A DNA stretch of 64,000 nucleotides. It comes from Tricharina praecox (taxonomy: Eukaryota). Below, one piece after another: positions 47,782 to 61,060 of the stretch. Below the pieces are notes generated by a model. It was not told the origin of the DNA, made no database searches, and worked only from the letters and a program-made list of their open reading frames with translations. Positions within the stretch are counted from its first letter, which is position 1. The number at the start of each line of letters is the position of its first letter. A program made the translations under genes and the position numbers. The stretch lies in the NCBI RefSeq assembly GCF_024521635.1, contig NW_026250408.1:248001-312000 (forward strand). The letters run 5' to 3'.

Positions 47782-49683
47782 ATGGCCGCCGTTGCCGTCA
47801 CCGCCGCCGTCTCCACCGCGGCTTCAATCTCGACCACCATCGTGGCCGAGGCAGAGCTTTCCCCCTCCATCTCCCAGCAATCCTCCGGCTTTACCGACCC
47901 GCCGCCAGACAATACCTTCGTCACGACATGTCACAAGTGCGGGGAACAGGTCGTGGAGTCGGTCGTCGACATGATCAGTAAGCTGCAGAGCGGCCGCCTG
48001 CACATCCACTGCCAGACTCTGCATTGCAACACGATTGTCTGCCACAGCAGCTCGCTGTTCTCGAACGCGGTGTACAGCAATGCGCCAGCCGCGGATACGG
48101 TACGGTGCTCTCGGCATGGAGGGGGGAAGGTTGGGATAGTAATGCAGCTAACATGGCGATAATGGTTGTAGCAGTTGCAGTTTTCGATTTACTCGAGCGC
48201 CGACTCGCTGGGCGCGAACATCCACAACCCACGGAACTCGCTATCGGACTGCGAGCCACCAACGAAGCCGCCCGCATTCAGCGCTGCGGATATCGAAACT
48301 CACGGGTTCGACAAGCTAAGCGACCGCCATTCCTCGTCGTGGTCATCGACGATGTCCGACTACAGACTCCCCATGCGCGCGACCTCCCCCGAGATCTCAT
48401 CGATGCTCTCGGGGCGGCGGAACACCACGGCCTCGAACCGGACGGACAGGGACAGGGACAGCATCATCTCTCTGACACCCTCCGATCCCACGCGGCACCG
48501 GGGCTGGCGCATATCGCAATCCTCGGCCCTCTCCGACTCGCCGCGGAACTCGGCAGACCACAACCTGCTAAAGCTAGCCACGAAGAACCGCAGCCGCGTC
48601 AGCCTGCAATCGCTTTCCAAAGCGCAACCGATCCAGTCGATACAGGGAGGAGTGCGGAGCACGGGCGACGGCTCCACCACTACCAGCAGCAGCAGCATTG
48701 CCGATGCCCTCGCGGACACAAACGCCGTGTCGATTCCCGCCGCCGCAGGCTTCGCGTTCGTCCACCATCGCCCCAGACCACTGTCGCAGCCGCTTGCGGT
48801 CCCGCATTCGGGAAATACCCGCATGCCCACGCCTGTCCCCGAGGAGGGCGGAACACCGTTTGCTCTCGCGGCAGCGGCAGAGGTGCTGCCGTCTGCGGAT
48901 GTGGATGAACGGGCCGTGAGTCTTCGCGCCGCACCGGGCTCCGCGCCACGGAGGCAGGAGAGGCCTACGAGGCAGGAACAGCATCAGCAACAGCCCCGCA
49001 GAAGCCAAAGAGGGATCAGGGGCTTCGGATGCTTCGTTAAGCGCGGGCTGAAGAAGCTGCCGTCTAGGCTGCAGAAGGGAGTGGTGGGATTGATACGGGT
49101 ACAGCTGGTGCTGCGCAGTTGGGAGGGGAGACAGAATGATAGGAAGGACAGGGGGAAGGGGGTGGGGAAGGGGAAGGAGCCCGAAGTGGTCCTGCCCGAG
49201 CCAGAGCCGGAGGCGAGTCACGAGAGGAGCCGTTCGAGGAATTCGCAGGAACAGGAACAGGAAACGACAGTCGCGCCGACACACGCAGTAAGCGCACCCA
49301 TCACGATCCCCGATGCGTCCTCGTCGCTGCTTTCTTCTGCTTCACCATCCGCATCCCTCTCGCCAGCCCCCTCACCCCCCTCACCCCCCTCGTCCGAGTC
49401 CTCCCCACCCCTCCCACCCCTCCCCTCCCCCTCGCTTCCATCCCCACGCCTCCTCAGCCCTGGTCCCGGTCCAGTAGAGGAAGCTTTCCACGACGCCGAC
49501 CTCGGCCAGGAGCTGGATCGGCAGCAGTTCGATGTCAGCTCTACGCAGCAGATCTCGGATACTGTGCGTAACGCAATGAGTGAGGCGTGGGCGCAGCCGG
49601 AGGCGCCGGTTATTATCGCTATGCGCGTGCCTGTGCTGATGGGGATGGGGGTGCCGAGGGGGTGGTGGGGGGAGGGGGTGTAA
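47782..49683 (+). CDS. ~608-aa hypothetical protein with N-terminal zinc-ribbon-like CxxC...CxxxxC and a long Ser/Pro-rich disordered region; exons 47782-48099, 48175-49683
   Basis: ATG in AACATGG context; TTCHKCGEQ..IHCQTLHCNTIVC in exon 1. Phase-0 intron from 48100 (GTACGG..GCTAAC..TAG/CAG; acceptors 48171, 48174 and 48180 are all in frame) joins the 502-codon ORF. Confidence 0.75.
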
Positions 49684-50280
49684 CGGGCCTTTGAAGACGG
49701 ATATGACGGTTGTACGATATAATGTTGAGGTACCGATGGGCGGTCTACACGATAACGATATCTATGGAAGCGGTTTTTGGTTCTTGCATACTTGGTACTT
49801 TGTTTATTGAAAACGGGAGCTGGAACTTGGGATACACAGTGTTTAATGCCATAATTATACCTTTGTAAATTGTTTTCGATGTCTACGTGAAAATGTATGC
49901 GCAATGATGCGAGATGCAAATGCAAATGCAATTCCGAAATCCCGCTCCACACAATTACTCCATGTTACCGTTCCAGAGGCGGCAGAGGCATTGTGCGTGC
50001 GTGGATTCGGTTATCTACAGAGGAGGGAGTATGTAATACATTCGGTACTCTATTAGAACTATGTAACTGCCTCACGCTCATCTCCACCCCCTAGGTCCGC
50101 AGCCCCCAGATCCGCGGGAAGCAGGCAAGCAAGCAGGCACGATCAAATTTCTCCGTGGAGGGGATGGCCTATGCTGCACGGCACCGCGCCGCACGGCGCC
50201 GCACGACAGCGCAGAAGCTTTACCACCGTTCAAATCTTCAAATCTTCACATGCCATCCGCAGACTGCCCATCGCGATTCG

Positions 50281-50795
50281 CACCCACACACCCACTCACC
50301 CACGCACTCACCCACACACTCACTCACTCACCCACTCAACCACCCACTCAACCACCAACCTCACACCCACCCACCCACCACACATCCACCTCACCCATTA
50401 TACTCACCCACTCACCCACCTCACCCACCTCACCCACCTCACGAACTGCACCCACCCACCCGCCGCACTCACCCACCTCACCCACCTCACCCACCTCACC
50501 CACCTCACCCACCTCACCCACCTCACGAACTGCACCCACCCACCCGCCGCACTCACCCACCAACCGCACACATCCATCTCGCACCCACCCACCCGCCGCG
50601 CTCACCCACCAACCGCACCCACCCGCTGCACTCACCCACCAACCGCACGCATCCATCTCGCACCCACCCACCCACACACTCACCCACCAACCGCACGCAT
50701 CCATCTCGCACCAACCCACTCACTCACGCACCCGAATCGCACTCACCCATCCATCCATCCATCCACCCACCCACCCACCTCACCCACCCACCCCC
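50281..50795. repeat. ~500-bp complex C/A-rich low-complexity array (CACCCACCT, CACCCACT, CACCAACCG variants) with higher-order duplication
   Basis: Almost G-free on the plus strand; the block CACGAACTGCACCCACCCACCCGCCGCACTCACCCACC is repeated. Confidence 0.85.
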
Positions 50796-50920
50796 CCAAG
50801 CACATGTGCCTAGGTAGTGCCTAGGTAGGTAGTGCCCAGTGCCTAGTGCCTATTGCCAAGTACCAGGAACCGCAGCCTGTCCGGACCCTACAGGGCGACC
50901 AATAAATGCCCATACCGAGA

Positions 50921-50970
50921 GTCCGAGACTGTCCGAGACTGTACGAGACTGTCCGAGACTGTACGAGACT
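50921..50970. repeat. (GTMCGAGACT)n 10-mer array, 5 copies
   Basis: GTCCGAGACT and GTACGAGACT units read directly. Confidence 0.85.
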
Positions 50971-52726
50971 TTCCGGACTCCGCGGACGGTCGGAGACCAC
51001 TGGAGGGCTGTGGTCCTACATCCTTTGCATGGGGATGTATGTGTGTATGTGTGTAAGAGTGTAAGAACGCAAGAGTGTAAGACAGTGAGAGTGTAATCCT
51101 CCTGCGATAGGACGCGACCGGATATCTGCACCTGGTTCTGGCCCTGGCTTTGAGTCATACGTACCGTACGTACCATTAGAGCATGTGGTTATTGCCTGTA
51201 CTCTATGTGCGCCTTGCATGGAGGGACGGTGTGGCAGGGGTGGCAGGGGGTTGGGGTTGGGATTGGGTTGGACGCCTGCGCAGTGCGAGATCGATGCGGA
51301 TGCTTACCTGGGCGAGAGGGCGAGAGGGCGAGAGGGCAAGAGGGCGAGAGTGTGTGTGTGTGAGATAGAGAGAGAGAGAGTGTGTGTATGCCCGTCAACG
51401 TTGGAAACGTTGGGAACGTCGAGGCATCCTTCCCTTAGCAAGAGAGCGTGTGTGTGGTACCGTATGTGTGAGAGAGAATCTGCGACGTGCGCGGGCGCGG
51501 TCTCGGTGCTGCTGGGGCGGGGTGTCTTGGCGTGGTGGTGGTCTTAGTGAGAGGATTCTCACGACGACGGTCGTATTACACACGCCGAGTAGAGTACTCT
51601 ATCTTCCTACGGTACTCTACGTGCAGAATCCTCTGTTGCAAATTGCAATGCCTACTCTACTCTACTTTACTTACCTAATATTCCCCAATCCGCAGCAGGA
51701 CGCTGATTCCTACATCTGGGTCACACGCAGTGTGACCAGTCGCAGTGGTGGACTCTAGAGTGGGTCCAGTGGGCTATGTCCACCGCTGGTCCGGTCCGCG
51801 ATGCGATGTGGGCCACGCTTGGGCTTGGATGCGGACCAGTGACGTTGACTTTGACATTGATGCGGTGCCACTAGCAAATTTAGTTCGCCGGCAGGGCGAC
51901 GGCACGCGACGAGGGGCAGCGGGACGAACCGAGGCTCGGGTGTGGCTAGGTGCAGGGGGGTAATTAGGGCGGAGTCCGGACACGGCTGCGGGGTAACGAC
52001 TCACGGTAGCGCGGAGAAGGCTGCGGGGTGCCGCGCGGGGTAGTAGCACGGGGTGTCACTCGGTAAACGCCTCCGGCCTCCAGGTTTTGGTGGGTGGGGT
52101 TTTTTCTCGACTGGGTAAGTAGGTGGATGATAGATATACGAAGATATCGAGAGGATTAAAAGCGTTTTAGTTCCGACTTTTGAATCACGTCGGGTAGTGC
52201 ACGTGAACGGGAAAGACCCCGATCTCTGCCATTTCCGACCGAGTGGTTCTTCGGGGGCCTACAGGCCATCATACACACTATGAATACTAGTAGTATCCGG
52301 GATCCAGGATACAGATACCGCCTCGCGCCCGCCGTCTCGGGTCGAGTCACATCTATGATCTCGTAAATCTCGTAAATCTCGTACATACATACAAAAACCT
52401 CCGAACGATCCCCGGCCGGCCGGTGGGCGGGGGTGTACTGTATGTAGGGCCTAATCTGCAGGATCATGTGCGTTGGTTCCAGAAACTTCAACGATGAACC
52501 AGGCACGTGGATCGTACTAGGTACTATGATACCCTCTTTTCACTTTTCAGGCGGGGTAGGGTGGGGGTCACATCGGAACGTGCATGGATTGAGGAGTGTG
52601 TGAATGTATAAAGCCATGGCTCTCTGGTATAGTAATGTAATCGATCTCTGCACGAATAAACCCATCGCAGCTCGCTACTCGAGTCCGTCCATCGCCCGTC
52701 GCTCAATGCACGAGTCCATCCATCGC

Positions 52727-53224
52727 TCAGTACTTCACCGCCACGACGACCTGTTCGCACTGCGCAGCTACTCCGTGTCAGCCGTTGCCCTCTCCATTTC
52801 CATCCCCATCTCGCAGTAGGGGACAACAAACCATCCACACCCTCCTCCTTCACAAACAGCCCCAAGTTCCCCGAGATGAGATCGCTGGCCACACACCAAA
52901 CACCCCCAGCCGGTCCTAGTACAACCTGCTGCACCCCATTCTCATCACAGCCATACCAACCGACGACCTCGAGCTCCGTGGTGGGGCTCACGCCGAACCC
53001 CAGCTGCCGGTACGGCGTCTTAATCGGCACCTTGAGGTATCCCGTGAACGTCAGGCTTGCGCTGCCGTGGTCGAGCGAGAGGCGCGAGTCCGTCAACTTT
53101 ACGGCCGATGGGGATCCCGCCGGAGAGAGCCAGGCGCTGTAATCGCCTGGTGTGCCCACCGAGGTGAATTGGACGGAGGCGTTGTGGTAGGATGCGGTGG
53201 GGGCTTGGACCTGACGGGGTCAGT

Positions 53225-53262
<38 letters not shown>

Positions 53263-53414
53263 GGAGGAGGAGGAAGACGCACCTGCAGCGTGAAACTGTC
53301 CGCAAGGCTGAGGATCAGCGGGCGCGTGACGGTGCAGGTCGCGGCGGTTCCCTGGGGTGCGGCCAGCGAGCCGGCGACGAAGAGGAGGAGCGTGGCGAGC
53401 GTGGAGGTCTGCAT
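52727..53414 (-). CDS. 183-aa secreted protein with 4 Cys, probably a beta-rich cell-wall/extracellular protein; exons 53414-53283, 53210-52832, 52767-52727
   Basis: Signal peptide MQTSTLATLLLFVAGSLA-AP. Introns 53282-53211 (GTGCGT..CTGAC..CAG) and 52831-52768 (GTTTGT..CTGAC..TAG). Ends AQCEQVVVAVKY*; exons sum to 552 nt; TATATAA ~90 nt upstream. Confidence 0.85.
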
Positions 53415-56228
53415 GTTGGCTGCTGGATTAGTGGGTGGTTGATTGATGCTTTGGATTGTGGCGAGGAGGGTGGATAGTGAATATTGGCAGAGCAGTAGGA
53501 CGGTCTTATATATCCTACGCATCTCACTTCCACACGCCTACACTACAACAGCCGCATCCGTTGCATCCCGAACCTCGTATTCCGCCTCTGTCTCCCCTGA
53601 CGAATCCCAGCCACGGCCCGTGCTGCCAGATGATTCCTCCACCGGTTCTTACTCTAGAGGCTATGCGACAATTAATTACTATATACAGCACCTACAGGCT
53701 ACCTACAGGCTACCTAAACCTTACCCGCACTACAGTCTACCCAGTTACTTGGCACGAAAGTACAGTCAACGCTCCTCTCGAGTCGCAGCTCGCTTGTCGG
53801 GTATATAAGCACCAGCTACACCCATGCCGCCTTGCTTATATGATATGATATGAGCGGCCCGTTTATCACCGTGCGTCGTGTGAGCTTATCCAGCCGATGC
53901 ATCAAGCGATCTAAGATCTTGGCTGCATTTCTTGGTGCAGATTCTTTGAAGGAATACGGGACGCGGAATGGGATGGGATGGAATGGGACGATGAAAACAA
54001 CCGATGAATACGAGCTCGAGCGGGATTGTGTTTTCCCGCGAGAGGGATCCGGGAGTCCGCTGGCAACTTGGCATGACGAGAGTGCTATTCTGGGATGAGA
54101 TGGAGCGGTGCTCGGTACATCTTGTAATTCTTGTAACTTGTAACCCCGGCGCAGTTGTGCTTACAGTGTACAGTATCGGGAGCCTCGAGCAGCCAGCCCA
54201 TCACATGTCCCATGATCTTTTCCGCGATGCCAGCTTCCATCTCCGTCTTCACGGGCGTCGATCTCAAGTCATCTCCAGTCATCTTCCGTATCTCACGCCC
54301 TGTACCTATGACTCTTGCTCCAGTCTCCTCTTCCCCCCGTCGGGTGCACCTCCTTTCGCGTCAGGGATTCAGGGCGTAATGCCATTTCGCGCGCTAGATC
54401 GGAGCTGCACGCGCTGCACCATCTCACATCTGCTTCGCCGCCGCAGGCCCGCAGCTGCAGCCTCCTCCTCCTCCGGTGCGGCCCCACGCGACTTATCGAG
54501 GGGAAGGAGCCTTGGTGATTCTACAGATCACCGCCGCCATCCTTATCCCCCCCCTACCACCTCCTCTTCCATCTCTGCAGATTCATCTTCCCGTTCCCAT
54601 TTCAATCGACTAACTGCTGGAGGGTCTGAGAGAAGGAGGAGGAGGACTGAGCAGTCAGATATCTACCCACGCTTTCCGGTCGTCTGGGGAGCGAGAGGGG
54701 CCCCGTTGCACTTTCCGAGCCGCTGCGCAGTATGGATAACACAATGTAGGCAGCCACCATAGATTCAATTGCCAGTATTTACTATCCATGCTTATTCCTA
54801 CCAACCGCGATGTGCAGGGACATCCCCACTTAAGAAGCTCATATCCGTCTTCGTAATATAATCATCATCGACCGCGGTACATATGTCCGAGTGATTGCAT
54901 GCCAAGGTTCTGCACTCCCGGGACCCGAACCGCTGCGCCAGTAGGTCGCCTGGAGTTCCCGTCCACGAAAGGTCGTCTATACATGCCCACATCACCGGTA
55001 GAAAGGAAAGATCGGAAACCGCCTCGCCACTCCATTTGCTGTTATGGTTGTTGCCGCCGCCGCTCAGAGCAGTCAACAGGGGCCTTTAAGCTACAGCCTA
55101 CAGCCTACAGGTCATACCGGGCCAGATCAGGTTAACTAGCCTTATCGTTATTCGGGAAGCTGACATTGGCATTGCACCCTAATATGCATAAGGTATCCTT
55201 CCTTCTTATGTGCACAACCTCCCAGCGCTCATACTCCCTCGGTTTCCCTCTCATCACGTCAGCGCCTTTTCAACTACCGATCCCGCAAAGGTAGGTAGGT
55301 AGTCGAGCAACCAAGCATGAAGCACCTGCTGTTTTTTTTTTGTTTAATTATCATTACCAGTACATTCGACCTTAGTATTAGCCAAGCACCAGGCACCAGC
55401 TTCTGACTGGACCGCTGGGGATCCGAGGGGCGAGGTGAGGTGAGGCGCCGTGGATCGTCGGTGACACACGCTCGTCGCTCGGGGCTGGGCTTATCCGTGT
55501 GTGGCGCAGCTGGATGATGGCCCGTGGAGCTACAGGGGGCGGAAAAGCTGCGGTAGCCTGTAGGCGAAAGAGTTACGGCAGATATCTACTCTATTTAGGC
55601 GCCAGGAAGGTGTAGGAACTGGGAATAAGCGGTAGGCGGCGATAGTACTATGTAGTGGTGGGCTTTGTCAGGATAGCCGGGATTCAATCGCACCGTATCA
55701 CTCGGAATGGGAAGTACAACACATAAACGTGTTTGGCACAAGGGTCTTTCCGTGAATATTTGCATGATGTAATTAAGTCAAAAGCAATTAATGATTAAAC
55801 ATAACAAATGAAAATAGGTACAGCGGGTAGAACAATGACAGGGGAGAGAGTAAAGGGAAAAGGAGGTGTCGAGGACGAAGGTCGGCGGTGGGGGTGAGAG
55901 AACTATAGCATCCAATCGTAGCCTGCACTCCTCGATCTGCGCATTGAGGTGGTGGCGGGTGTCGTCCAACGAATCTTACCACGCGCGGAGCTTGGCGAGG
56001 AGCTGCTGCTCGCGGCGACCGAAGTCCTCCGCATCATTCGGCCCGGATGGTCCGGGTCGGAATTGAAACCTTGAATCTTGACCTTCATGGTTCGCGCTGT
56101 TGGATTGGACTGGGCGGTGCGCGTCTTGTAGCTAGGTGCGCCCCCGCGTGGGGGGTCGTTAGACTGTGTTCGCTGTTCGGGGTGGACAGAACAATGGTGG
56201 GGGGTAGCGGAAATAGTCCTCTCGGGTT

Positions 56229-56531
56229 CAGCGTAGCGATCGGTTCTGATCATGTCGTTGTCGATACTTCCGACCAACCCACCAATGTTGATGATATGGT
56301 TCATTTGCGGTTCGATTTGCTCCTGCTTGAGCTCGCAATTCTGGACCAGTTCGGCCAGTAGGCCTGGCCACTCTCGCCGAACGATATCGGCACCGGCGAG
56401 CGAACCGCCTCCACGGTCCACCGCAGATGATCAGCGCGTCGATAGCGTTGATGATGGGGTTCTTTGCACCCCTCAGGACTTTCCCTCTCTCTGAATTCCT
56501 TGCATCGGGCAGCACCGATTAAAGTACCGCC
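56229..56531 (-). pseudogene. pfkA: Isolated, frameshifted fragment of ATP-dependent 6-phosphofructokinase (N-terminal catalytic half)
   Basis: Successive frames give GGTLIGAARCKEFRER / LRGAKNPIINAIDALIICGG / GGSLAGADIVRREWPGLLAELVQNCELKQEQIEP..INIGGLVGSIDNDMIRTD / AT. These match the eukaryotic PFK motifs GGTxIGxARC, IDALxxCGGDGSLTGAD and VGLVGSIDNDMxGTDATIG. At least three frameshifts; the catalytic-loop GGDG reads GGGG. Confidence 0.9.
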
Positions 56532-56551
56532 CCACCACCACAAACCACACA

Positions 56552-57409
56552 TCAAAGCAAATCATTCCCGCCGCCGCTATCATCCACGTCTTCAAGACGC
56601 TTGTTGTTTCTCCTGGCGTATTCGTTCAGATCTTCCATAGACTGGGAGCGTCCCAGTATGCGACCCCAGCTCCAGCGGGATCGGGATCCCTGGCTGGGGA
56701 CAGTGGACGTATCCACTGAACAACAGATCGGCAGGACGCCTGCCTCGGCGTGTGTGAGGGGGAACATAGTTCCAGTAGGGTTCGAGTGTGGCGCAGCGGC
56801 GGGCTGCGATAGGGATAGTGCTGGCAGTGGGAGGCTGAACAAGGTTGATTCGCTCGAGCTCGGGTGGCTAGGAGCAACCAGTGACGGAGAGGAGGTAGTG
56901 AGCCACGTTGATGAAGCGGTAGGCGTGTTCGTGGGCACCGCGGGGATAAAGGTCGGTAGTCCGACACCCATATCCGCGCGATACTCGATGAGCATAGTCT
57001 GCGCCCACAGCCTGGTAGTTTCCCCTGAATGCAAGCCGAGATCGACATCTTGCCACTGTTGTGGCGAGTTGAAATCGGCCCAAAATCGGTCGACCTGATC
57101 TCCGAAGAAAATCTGTTGTCGCAGCCAGCCCAGCACGTCCTCCAGATCATGGTCTGGATAAACTCCCCGCCCTTGACCTGGCCCGTGGATTCGGATCGTC
57201 TTCTCTGTGACCGCGCGCACTGCAGCTTTCATACTAATCGCGTCAATCCTCTTCTTCTTCACACCACCGCCGGGGCGGCGGGGCTAATCGGTCAACTTAC
57301 CATCGGGGGGACCCATCGTCCCCGGCCGGCTCGTAGCCGGCCTAGTTGCCGGGAAAAGTATCACCGGCGGCAAAGCCGAAACACAGTTTGTACATTCCAC
57401 GGAGGCCAT
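56552..57409 (-). CDS. ~258-aa hypothetical protein; proposed exons 57409-57301 and 57219-56552
   Basis: ATG in CAAATGG context. Intron 57300-57220 (GTAAGT..TTGAC..CAG) removes an in-frame TAG and joins the 236-codon ORF, which has an ordered core DHDLEDVLGWLRQQIFFGDQVDRFWADF. A nearer TAG acceptor would truncate the product, so the model is tentative. Confidence 0.5.
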
Positions 57410-59107
57410 TTGTTGATAGAGCTGAATTATGGAGTGTATATCCCACGGAAGTCGTGTTGATGTTGATGATGATGAGAGAGAGAGAAAATGTTGTTGATGA
57501 TGAGAGAGAGAGAGGGGAGAGGAGGCGGAAGTGGGGGAACCCTTTTATTTGGAAGCGGTGCGGCTTGGTGCGGCCGATGCTGAGGGCGCAACCCCGCACC
57601 CCCACATCCTCGCACACGCCGAAGAACTACAAACCGTGGCTGAAGGCAGGGCGACTTTGTCGTTAGAGTTCTTACCGGGAATCCAAAAGCACTCTGGTAT
57701 GTAACGGAAGCGGACGAAACACATGTCCCTACCGGTGTGACACTGCACCAGGCATGTCACATAGATACGTACGTATGTAGTGGTCAAACGCACTGTGGCA
57801 GGGCAGGTACTTGGGCGGGTTCTATGTACACGGTGGTGAATCGCAGACGATTTGTAGGCAGATGGATCCACCAGACGGAACGTAAGTTACGTCGAGCTCG
57901 AAGTGGTTGGTACGGCGACGACGGAAGCTAGGAAAACCTCCGACAACGTCAGGAATCCGGACAACCATGATATCCAGGGATTCCTCATAGCATATCGCAG
58001 CCCAACAGCCGGGACAGACGCTTCGTTTTCCGGCTCCTCAGCCTGCCGAAAGGAAACCAGACGAGGCTGACAGCACGATCGGCAAACGAACGGTGAAACG
58101 TGACCTTCCGGGGCTAATCGGACCGGTCACGACTCAGTGGAGACGGAGATACACTACTGCATAAAGCGGAAGTACCAAACTACACGGTCTCCTGCTGGAA
58201 TAGTCACAAAGTCCATGGGCTACTACCCAGAGGCCTACATATGATGCGGAGGGCGCAGTCACCACGCCGGCACTGCAAGCGGGCTCTAATAGACAACATA
58301 ATGCCTCTTTCAGCAGGGTCGCCATCTAGATACACACAAAAACCATGAACGAGTAGATACACTGAGTAGGTGCCTGGAAGGAAGAGGGGAACGATGATGA
58401 TGTTGATGTGATTGCAAAATCTGGAGAACTGGAATCTTCCCACCACCACCACCACCACCCCGCCAACTTGGAGATTTAAAAGATTAAACGTAGAACTCAA
58501 GGAATTATTTTTACGGAACGCCGACTCCGGACTTTGCACAAGAAGATTCACGCTGCGCCATCCTTCACACCCTCGGTTTGCCTCCCTTACTGGCCTTGCC
58601 GTTTCCCTTGCCTCCCCGACTGGAAGAGGCATCGCGAAATGCGGGTGGCGGATGGTGTTGGCATTATGCTGCTTGAAGCCTGTATCGTGCTGAAGATGGT
58701 AGCGGTGAGGGATTGTACAGCAGTAGTCACGTGGGGTTGTTTGGATTTTGAGGATAGTGTGTCACGTGAAATGGTACCGGAAGGGTTGCTGAGGCCTGAG
58801 GAGCCATTGAGGGTGGGTCACACATCAGTTGGCGATTTGTCGTCTCATTGACCGTGATGTGGGGCCTCAAAAGTATCACGGTCTCTAGAACATCTATAAA
58901 TACCAGCTCCCCGCCCCACTATCTCCCTTCTTTCTACTACATCCATCCTACTAAGCGCTTGTTCATCCTCGAACCACGAACAATAGTAAGTTCCCAATCC
59001 TCTCCCCTCCTCCCCCCACAATCCACATACGACTCCACACAAAAACCGTCCTTTGCATATACATCATCTACAATTGAGATTTGCGAGCTGTACTCACAGT
59101 CAGATAG

Positions 59108-59649
59108 ATGGTTGCCCCAGATATTCCCGCCACCCACGGGCACCTCCTCCGCGACCGCACAACCCTCAAGGCGCCGGACAGAGTAAGATATTCACTCTTC
59201 CCTAGCCACTATTTAATGCATCACCCCCTCATTCGATTTGCACACAGCTTTCCCCAAGCTTCGTCGAGCGGAGGAGGGCCCGTCGAGCGAAGAAGAGCAA
59301 GACCCAGCGTGCGAAGGTACGTTCATTCATGCCGATCCATCTCTGTATCTATATCTCTAAAAATATACAGAAAGCCGCCGCCAACACCACCACCACCACC
59401 GCCGTCCCCGCCGCCGCCGCCACTACCACCACCAAAGCCGCCAAGGGCCGGTCCAAGAAACCACCTAAGGCTATCAAGTACTGGATGGTCCTCACTCTCG
59501 ATGGCGGGAGGAGGATTACCCAAGTCGCCGAGAGTGCGGAGGTGCCTGAGGACGCGATCTCTGTCAAGATCGTGGTCCCAGCCTCCCACCGGTTCTTAGA
59601 CTGGCCTGTGGTGGCTAGATTGAAGGGGAGGGGAGAGGAGGAGGGGTAG
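59108..59649 (+). CDS. 140-aa small basic orphan protein (LRDR-LKAP family, paralog A); exons 59108-59182, 59248-59316, 59371-59649
   Basis: Two phase-0 GT-AG introns (GTAAGA, GTACGT donors) give MVAPDIPATHGHLLRDRTTLKAPDR|LSPSFVERRRARRAKKSKTQRAK|KAAANTTTTT...KAIKYWMVLTLDGGRRITQV...RGEEEG*. TATAAA at ~58895. Confidence 0.75.
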
Positions 59650-60729
59650 AACAAGAATAAAAATAAAAGCATTTTTTTTTTCAAGTCAAACGTCTCGTGA
59701 ACCGTCTGTAGTGTGCCGGTGCTGCCATCGAGAATCAGTCCCGAGTGTACTTTGTTTCTTTGCTATGTAGAACAGAGCGAGAGACGGCTCCTTTGATAAT
59801 AACCTTCCAGGCCGGCGGCGGGGTCGAGAGGAGAGTAGGTACACCCATAAGAATGATGAGATACATAGAGGTTGAGCGTCTATTCTGTAGAGGATCAAGA
59901 AGATAGAAGAAGAAAACCCGCGAGTGCCAGCTTAAGTCCCCCTTCCTCATTCACCAATCGGCCCCGCCATGCACCAACGCTGGTGCCCACTATTAACTAG
60001 ATTCGCTTCCTCCCGCCGACAGGAGTCCTTCATTTCCTAATCTCGCCGAGAGCTCTTGCATCACTCCGCCACAGCGGAGGCTTAGTTAGCCTTCATCTGG
60101 CTATCACTCGTTCCCATTCTCACGTCCGTATTAGGCTTCAGCCGACTTGAGGACATCGGATCGGGCGATTCAAATCGGAGGTGATGCGAGGTACCTGGCT
60201 ACCAGATATGACAGTAAAACTCTTCCAGCTGCCTATCGTGTGAACAGGCTAAACCGCAACACAGAAAACCTTCATCATCAGACACTGTGGAGGAGGAAAC
60301 GTGGACGACGTCTTACATACCGGGGGTAGAGTACAGTGCGCCGGCTCGTGACCCCAACGTTTGAAACGACTAATTATCAGCTGAGAACCTGGTGCCATCG
60401 GATGGCCAACCATTATCAAGTTTATAGAACCCAAAAAAGCGTCTGGCTCTTGGCCAGAATAATGAGAGCATTGCCGTGCTGGGCCGCTTTCGCCTTCCGG
60501 CCGCCGGGGGTGACGGAGTTGTTGATGTTGTTCGATTTTGTCTGTTAAAATTGTTAGAACCAGAATCATGGAGCGACCATATTGCGCAAATGGCTCTCAA
60601 CATCCTCAGTATCGGGCTCACCATGAGCGCTGAGCCAGGAAGAGCTTTTTTAGTCGTGCAAAGATCATTGTTAGATCGGCGGTGGATATTGCACATAGCT
60701 AACGGGCGCGCTCAATCGACAGTCTGCTA

Positions 60730-61060
60730 GTATCTGCGGCGAAGATAGCGTGGTATCTGCGGCGAGTCAGCCTTGCCTGATACTGTAGGTCGGCATAGGA
60801 GGACAAGACGTACCGGCTGCAGGAGGGACAGATGTTTTCGGACAGCGAAGGACGGCAATTCCAGGGTGTAATTGCGGCGAAGATAATGAGCTACCCGCGG
60901 CAAAGAGAGTGTGGTATCCGCGGCGAGCCAGACGTGATACGTAGAATGGCATCGAAAATTTGGAAGACGACGGGTACCGGCTGTAGAAAGACTGACAGGT
61001 GCTGTCAGTTGACAGTCAGCGGAGGACGATAAGCAAAGTGGGATATCCGTAGCGAGGCAG
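60730..61060. repeat. Degenerate GTGGTATCYGCGGCGA repeat region related to 45-190
   Basis: Units TATCTGCGGCGA, GTGGTATCTGCGGCGAG, GTGGTATCCGCGGCGAG and GGATATCCGTAGCGAG, plus TCGGACAGCGAAGGA (60838-60852). The internal block GCCTGATACT..GTAGG..CATAGGAGGA is duplicated. Confidence 0.55.

Noticed and set aside
50155..50824. His/Pro/Thr-rich ORFs in all three frames
   Set aside because: Open only because the C/A-rich repeat lacks stop codons.
54004..54762. 252-aa ORF
   Set aside because: No recognisable domain or coding-like composition; probably a chance ORF.
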